Shown here: piece after piece, positions 33,155 to 37,341 of the stretch
Numbering within the stretch: position 1 is the stretch's first letter
How the letters are laid out: each line of letters begins with the position of its first letter
Source: Octopus bimaculoides
Lineage: Eukaryota
Direction: 5' to 3'
NCBI RefSeq assembly: GCF_001194135.2
Contig: NC_068986.1
Span: 61,790,628-61,827,968, forward strand
Length of the DNA: 37,341 nt
Made by a program: the position numbers and the translations under genes
Notes under the pieces: generated by a model
Seen by the model: the letters and a program-made list of their open reading frames with translations, nothing else
Told to the model about the DNA's origin: nothing
Databases searched by the model: none

Positions 33155-34662
33155 TCAGTATTTCTGAGACAAGTTCCCCCCACCCTCCTCTCTTTCATAC
33201 AAGAATGGTTCTACCGGCAGGTTAAATATCTTAGGTAGTTCTTTCAGTTCTGCTACCACTTTTGGGTGTCTACTTTTAAGTTCGTTGTATAATTTTTGAG
33301 CAATTTTTCCCAATGTTACTATGTCGTTGACATATAGGGACGATTTGTGGTGAGGTCCAATGACTCCATCCAGGTATTTGTTGCTGTTTTTGTAAACGAT
33401 TGTGGTAGTGTATTCTCTTTCAGGAATATCAATTGTCTGACATAAACTTATTTTCTTTCTTTTTTTCCCTTTTCCTACAGTTCGGGTTTCTTGACTATTT
33501 TGGCATTTGGAGCCGCCTTCCATGTATTGGTGGGCAACTCCATTCTCTTGGTTCGCTTATGTGACACTGTCTGGAAGTCCTATTTTCAGTAGACGGTGTC
33601 ACAACTAACTCTGGCTTCTCAGGGTTTTCCCCACTAATGGAGGCGGTCGCTTGCTGTGTAATGGCCTCCTTGGCCAGAAGCGCTGCCTCTTTACTTTTCC
33701 CCTTGGGGTCATTTTTACTGGTAGAGGCGGTTGTTCGCTGTGTAATGGCCTCCTTGGTCAGAAGTGCCACCCCTTTACTTTTTCCTTTAGGGTCATCTTT
33801 ACTGGTAGAGGCAGTCGCTTGCTGTGTAACGGCCTCCGTGGCCGAAAGTGCTGCCTCTTTACTTTTCCCCTTGGGTTCATCTTTACTAGTAGAGGTGGTC
33901 GCCCACTGTGTCATAGTCTCCGTGGCTGGGGGACCATCTCTTCGTTTTTCTCTTCCTCCTCCTCCTCCTCTGTTTCCTTGTCCTTTTTTGTGTGGGACAT
34001 TTTGACCTTGGATGCCCTTTTTTTCCAGATTGAAAACACCTGGGTCTTCTCCCCTCCACATGGACTGCCAATATTGCCTCCTCTGTGTGTATCGTTTCGG
34101 GTAGACCTTCCAAATCCAGATTTGTCACTTGTGCCAGGATCTCCAGAGTTTGACCCTGCCAATTTTGTGGGGGCGTCTCTGGAGATCTGAATAATATTTA
34201 TCTTGTCCTCTCTCTTGTAGAGGAGTGTGGCAACGATCCATGCTACCTCCACCTCTGGGAGGATGTCTTTTGATCCTTATCTGGGATGTTCTGCATTCCA
34301 GGTATAGAGGCAGTAGCATGATGTTGTCACATAGTAAGGTTTGAGTTGAGAATTCTCTTGCCTTCTCAATCAATTCAAAACTTGCTTCGATGGTCGCGTA
34401 CCTTGTGCCTTGGGCTAGGTACTTTATTTCATTCATCACCGGCCCGAGACACCTTTCAACTTTGCTTTTCTCAAAGTCTTTTCTTTTCCACATATGCTTT
34501 ATATATAATGGTCTTTCCCTTCATCTTCTTGTTTCTTATTTCAATCAGGGGTGTTATCTTACTTTCACCGTTTTCTTCAGTGATCATACTATAGTATGCC
34601 TGTATATCTTCCATCTTCAAAGTAATTGTTTCAAGTCTGCCAACAGCGGTGGCAAAATTCAT
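33155..34662 (-). pseudogene. L1/Tx1 ORF1 (gag-like), frameshifted
   Basis: LAVHVEGRRPRCFQSGKKGHPRSKC (CCHC knuckle with the second C lost), followed by an acidic tract and a repeat region. Confidence 0.75.
33640..33926. repeat. 84-nt tandem repeat x3.4 (28-aa repeat in ORF1)
   Basis: Units start at 33640, 33724, 33808 and 33892. They encode ATEAVTQQATASTSKDDPKGKSKGVALL-like peptides. Confidence 0.9.
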
Positions 34663-35351
34663 TTTTTTCTTTTTTTTGTTCTACAGAGAATTTTCCAATT
34701 GAAGTCGGATGTAGAAGGTTTGTTGGACACAGTGTAAGGCGACTGTTGTTATTGTTAGGCCTAACTTATTGTAAAGTAAATACTACCATGACTGATATCC
34801 AAACTACAGTGGAAAACGCTAGCCACTGGATTTTGTTAAAAAGAGACAATGAGCGATGGCTAGAAGAATTTGAGCTTTATTTGATAACCAGTTGATCTAG
34901 CAAGTGAGGGGGTGCCAGTGCACATTGATGCCGTCGAGAGGTAGGCCCCGAAACAGCGTGCATTCTCTCCTGATGACCCCATACACTTGCTGGCTTCCTG
35001 TGTACTGAGCTCTCGACTGGTAGCACTTGCATGTGCAAGTTTTTTGCAAACATCTTCATTTCAACTTGTATTTTGTCACTAAAAACTCCACTATGATTGG
35101 TTAAAGCGCTTAACAAATCTGGAATGGCCTAATCCACTCAGGTGTCACATGGAACTAACAGCATTAAAATAAACATTTTTATGATTAAGTCAGAAGAGAG
35201 CAAAACCAATGACAGTTTGCAGGGTTTCTGTTACTGATGGAGGAAGCGTTACAAGGGACAAGTAATTGTGTTAAACTGGGCAATAGTTAACTCAACTACC
35301 CAAGAATATGTTACAGACCATCATATGAGCTTTAAAACGGTTCCCGTTTAC

Positions 35352-35440
35352 CTAACTTCACTCACAAAGCTTGGCTGTAGCTGAAAACACTTTCCAAAGA
35401 TGGTGTATAGTGGGATTGAATCCAGAACCATGTAAATGCA
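35352..35440 (-). mobile_element. Diverged fragment of the same SINE family as 1289-1453
   Basis: CACTCACAAAGC..GAAAACACTTTCCAAAG..AGTGGGATTGAATCCAGAACCATGT aligns loosely with 1320-1415. Confidence 0.45.
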
Positions 35441-36376
35441 AAGTCTCTGATAGCAAGTTGGGGCTCTGCTAAACTGACTCGCCCTAAATACACTACATAT
35501 ATACAAAAACATCTGTGGTGACCTTACAATCTGAAAGGTTATAGTTCTCAGCATTTCATCAACTTTACAGTAATTAAAAGTAAAGTTTGTCCAGGGATTT
35601 TAAATTAGAACAGTAAGATCACATTCTTCATAATAAAGTGCTTTTAACAATGCTTTTCGTTTTCTTGAACTTACATTTTAACCAATGATTTCTTACCTAT
35701 GCTGCTGTTATTGTCTAGTTCCTGTTCAGCAACCATGGTTGAACAGAATTATGGTTCAAAACATTCAAGTAATTTTTTAGACATAATGTCAAATATAATT
35801 ATCAAATATGTCCCTCAAATATAGTGCTTCTAGGACCACCTTATTCAATGTGTCTTCCTTTTTCTAAGATGTGAGGGTAGGAATTAAAGGAAATTTAGCT
35901 GCTATTTCTAACAAATTAAATAAGCATGTAGAGATTCCTTCAGCTTGTTCTTGATACATCTATTATGTTGGTGAGAGAGGTAGGCAAATAATGACTTTTA
36001 TCCAAAGATTTCCTGATGAAGAGCTCTTGACACTAAAATATTGAAATATCAGGTAACACTATCAAACTTTTATTTTTATAAATTGCATTGTTTTGGCTTT
36101 AAAAATATAAAAACTTATATATGCTATCATTTCATTTCTCTGTAATTGTTACAGATCCTTTCATCTTACAGTCCAAGTTTTTGCAAGGTGAGACAAAAAT
36201 GTGCCAATACAACAGAGCAAATGACATTAGATTGCCAGTAACAAGTTGCTTCTAATTCGTAAATTGATTCTGCTCTATATTGTGCTATATAGCTTTTTAT
36301 ACTGAGTTAATATAAGTTGTTTGTTGTTGATAACACTGAGTTAAAAACTAGTGAAAAGTTTTGTTGTTTTCTCAGA

Positions 36377-36819
36377 ATGGAATTTTTTACTCAAGGAGCA
36401 ATTGCTCAAATCATTGAAGGGTTTCACCCATTGATTTTATTAAAATTCAAAATTTAGTATCGAATCTTAGCACTGCTTAGTAAAAATATGTAGAGGCCAC
36501 ATACATGTGAATGATGGATGAGTGGACAAGAGAGATTATATTCATGAACTGAGTGTAGTTGAATTAGAGGTTAAACAATGTTTGTCAACAATTCAGCAAT
36601 GAGCAGCACCAGGTTGCGGTACATCAAAACTTCTGATACATCAGAAATATTCTATTGTAACAAACTGTTGTTCAATTTTTTAAATACGCATCAACCCTGA
36701 GATTGACAGAACGAAAACAGAAGTTGAATGGTGACTGAATGTTTAAAATAGAGAAATTGTTATTGTTAAACATGAGAACAAGCATTGACAGGAGATATTA
36801 TATAGAATTAAATGTTTAA
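36377..36819 (+). pseudogene. Possible degenerate RPA70 N-terminal OB-fold-like relic
   Basis: An acceptor TTTTCTCAG|A directly precedes MEFFTQGAIAQIIEG..HPLIL, followed downstream by RLRYIKTSD and KLNGD*MFKIEK..ELNV. Resemblance to RPA1 LSEGAIAAI..KPIL..RYRLLMSDG..ELEV was judged by eye only. Confidence 0.2.
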
Positions 36820-37099
36820 GGTACCTTGTCATTTTTAACTTTCTAATAGATGTTCATTATTGGTGCTCTTTTATACAAGCTTCTTTTGATAAATATATGC
36901 TTGTATAATTTTTTTATTCTTAGATGTAATAAATTCAATCATATATTTATCAACTTTCATATGTTACCTGAAATGTAAAGTGACTGATATGATGATGTAA
37001 ATAAACTCATTACCAACAGTATATTTCTTATATCATTTTTTAAAAAATAATGTTGAAGAAAAGATATTATTTTCTCTTCAAATTACAAAATATCTTACT

Positions 37100-37341
37100 T
37101 CATCATCATCATCATCATCATCGTTTAACGTCCGCTTTCCATGCTAGCATGGGTTGGACGATTTGACTGAGGACTGGTGAAACCGGATGGCAACACCAGG
37201 CTCCAGTCTGATTTGGCAGAGTTTCTACAGCTGGATGCCCTTCCTAACGCCAACCACTCAGAGAGTGTAGTGGGTGCTTTTACGTGTCACCCGCACGAAA
37301 ACGGCCACGCTCGAAATGGTGTCTTTTATGTGCCACCCGCA
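37100..37341 (-). mobile_element. RTE-family 3' end with (CAT)7 tail, cut by window edge
   Basis: Reverse complement of the 20960-21202 3' UTR and tail. Confidence 0.85.

Larger units (their letters stand above)
29704..34750 (-). mobile_element. Near-full-length L1/Tx1-clade LINE (ORF1 + ORF2), inactivated, A-rich 3' tail
   Basis: ORF1 has a degenerate zinc knuckle and ORF2 has APE, RT and a C-terminal Cys/His region. The T-rich tract at 29704-29742 on + is the A-rich tail. Confidence 0.92.

Noticed and set aside
34788-34960. Gypsy gag-like N-terminus (ERWLEEFELYL)
   Set aside because: Only one short motif, followed by stops, with no LTR, PBS or pol context.
34945-34985. Hammerhead ribozyme (CGAAAC..CTGATGA); similar CTGATGA at 1543-1549 and 36013-36019
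   Set aside because: Stems I-III cannot be built with correct spacing or pairing, and the 36013 site has GACA instead of GAAA.

Overview
AT-rich animal genomic DNA from a draft assembly, with nine N-gaps totalling about 4 kb (~11%). The SINE tails, (CAT)n-tailed RTE ends and TA-rich microsatellites resemble octopus/cephalopod repeats; this taxon call is from memory and was not searched. I found no intact host gene, rRNA, tRNA gene or CRISPR array. The window is mostly decayed transposons: a Penelope-like RT fragment, four Merlin (IS1595/ISXO2-like) transposase remnants, five RTE-clade LINE pieces, a hAT transposase pseudogene, a near-full-length L1/Tx1-clade LINE, SINE fragments and a possible Helentron-like element. 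What stands out is the number of long inverted repeats. These include a ~1.1 kb foldback family (two copies; one has a perfect 8-bp TSD, GG..CC ends, a head-to-head TTAGGG/CCCTAA core and a perfect 32-bp hairpin), an inverted pair of Merlin 3' halves with reciprocal filled/empty insertion sites, a GC-rich 560-bp palindrome and a 161-bp-arm palindrome. The Tx1 RT carries an in-frame, identical 207-bp copy of downstream ORF2 sequence whose donor boundary sits at a hairpin apex. Two weak host-gene hints: an ATG-bearing 16-nt microexon inside an inverted-repeat loop with a phase-compatible downstream exon, and a possible RPA70N-like relic.
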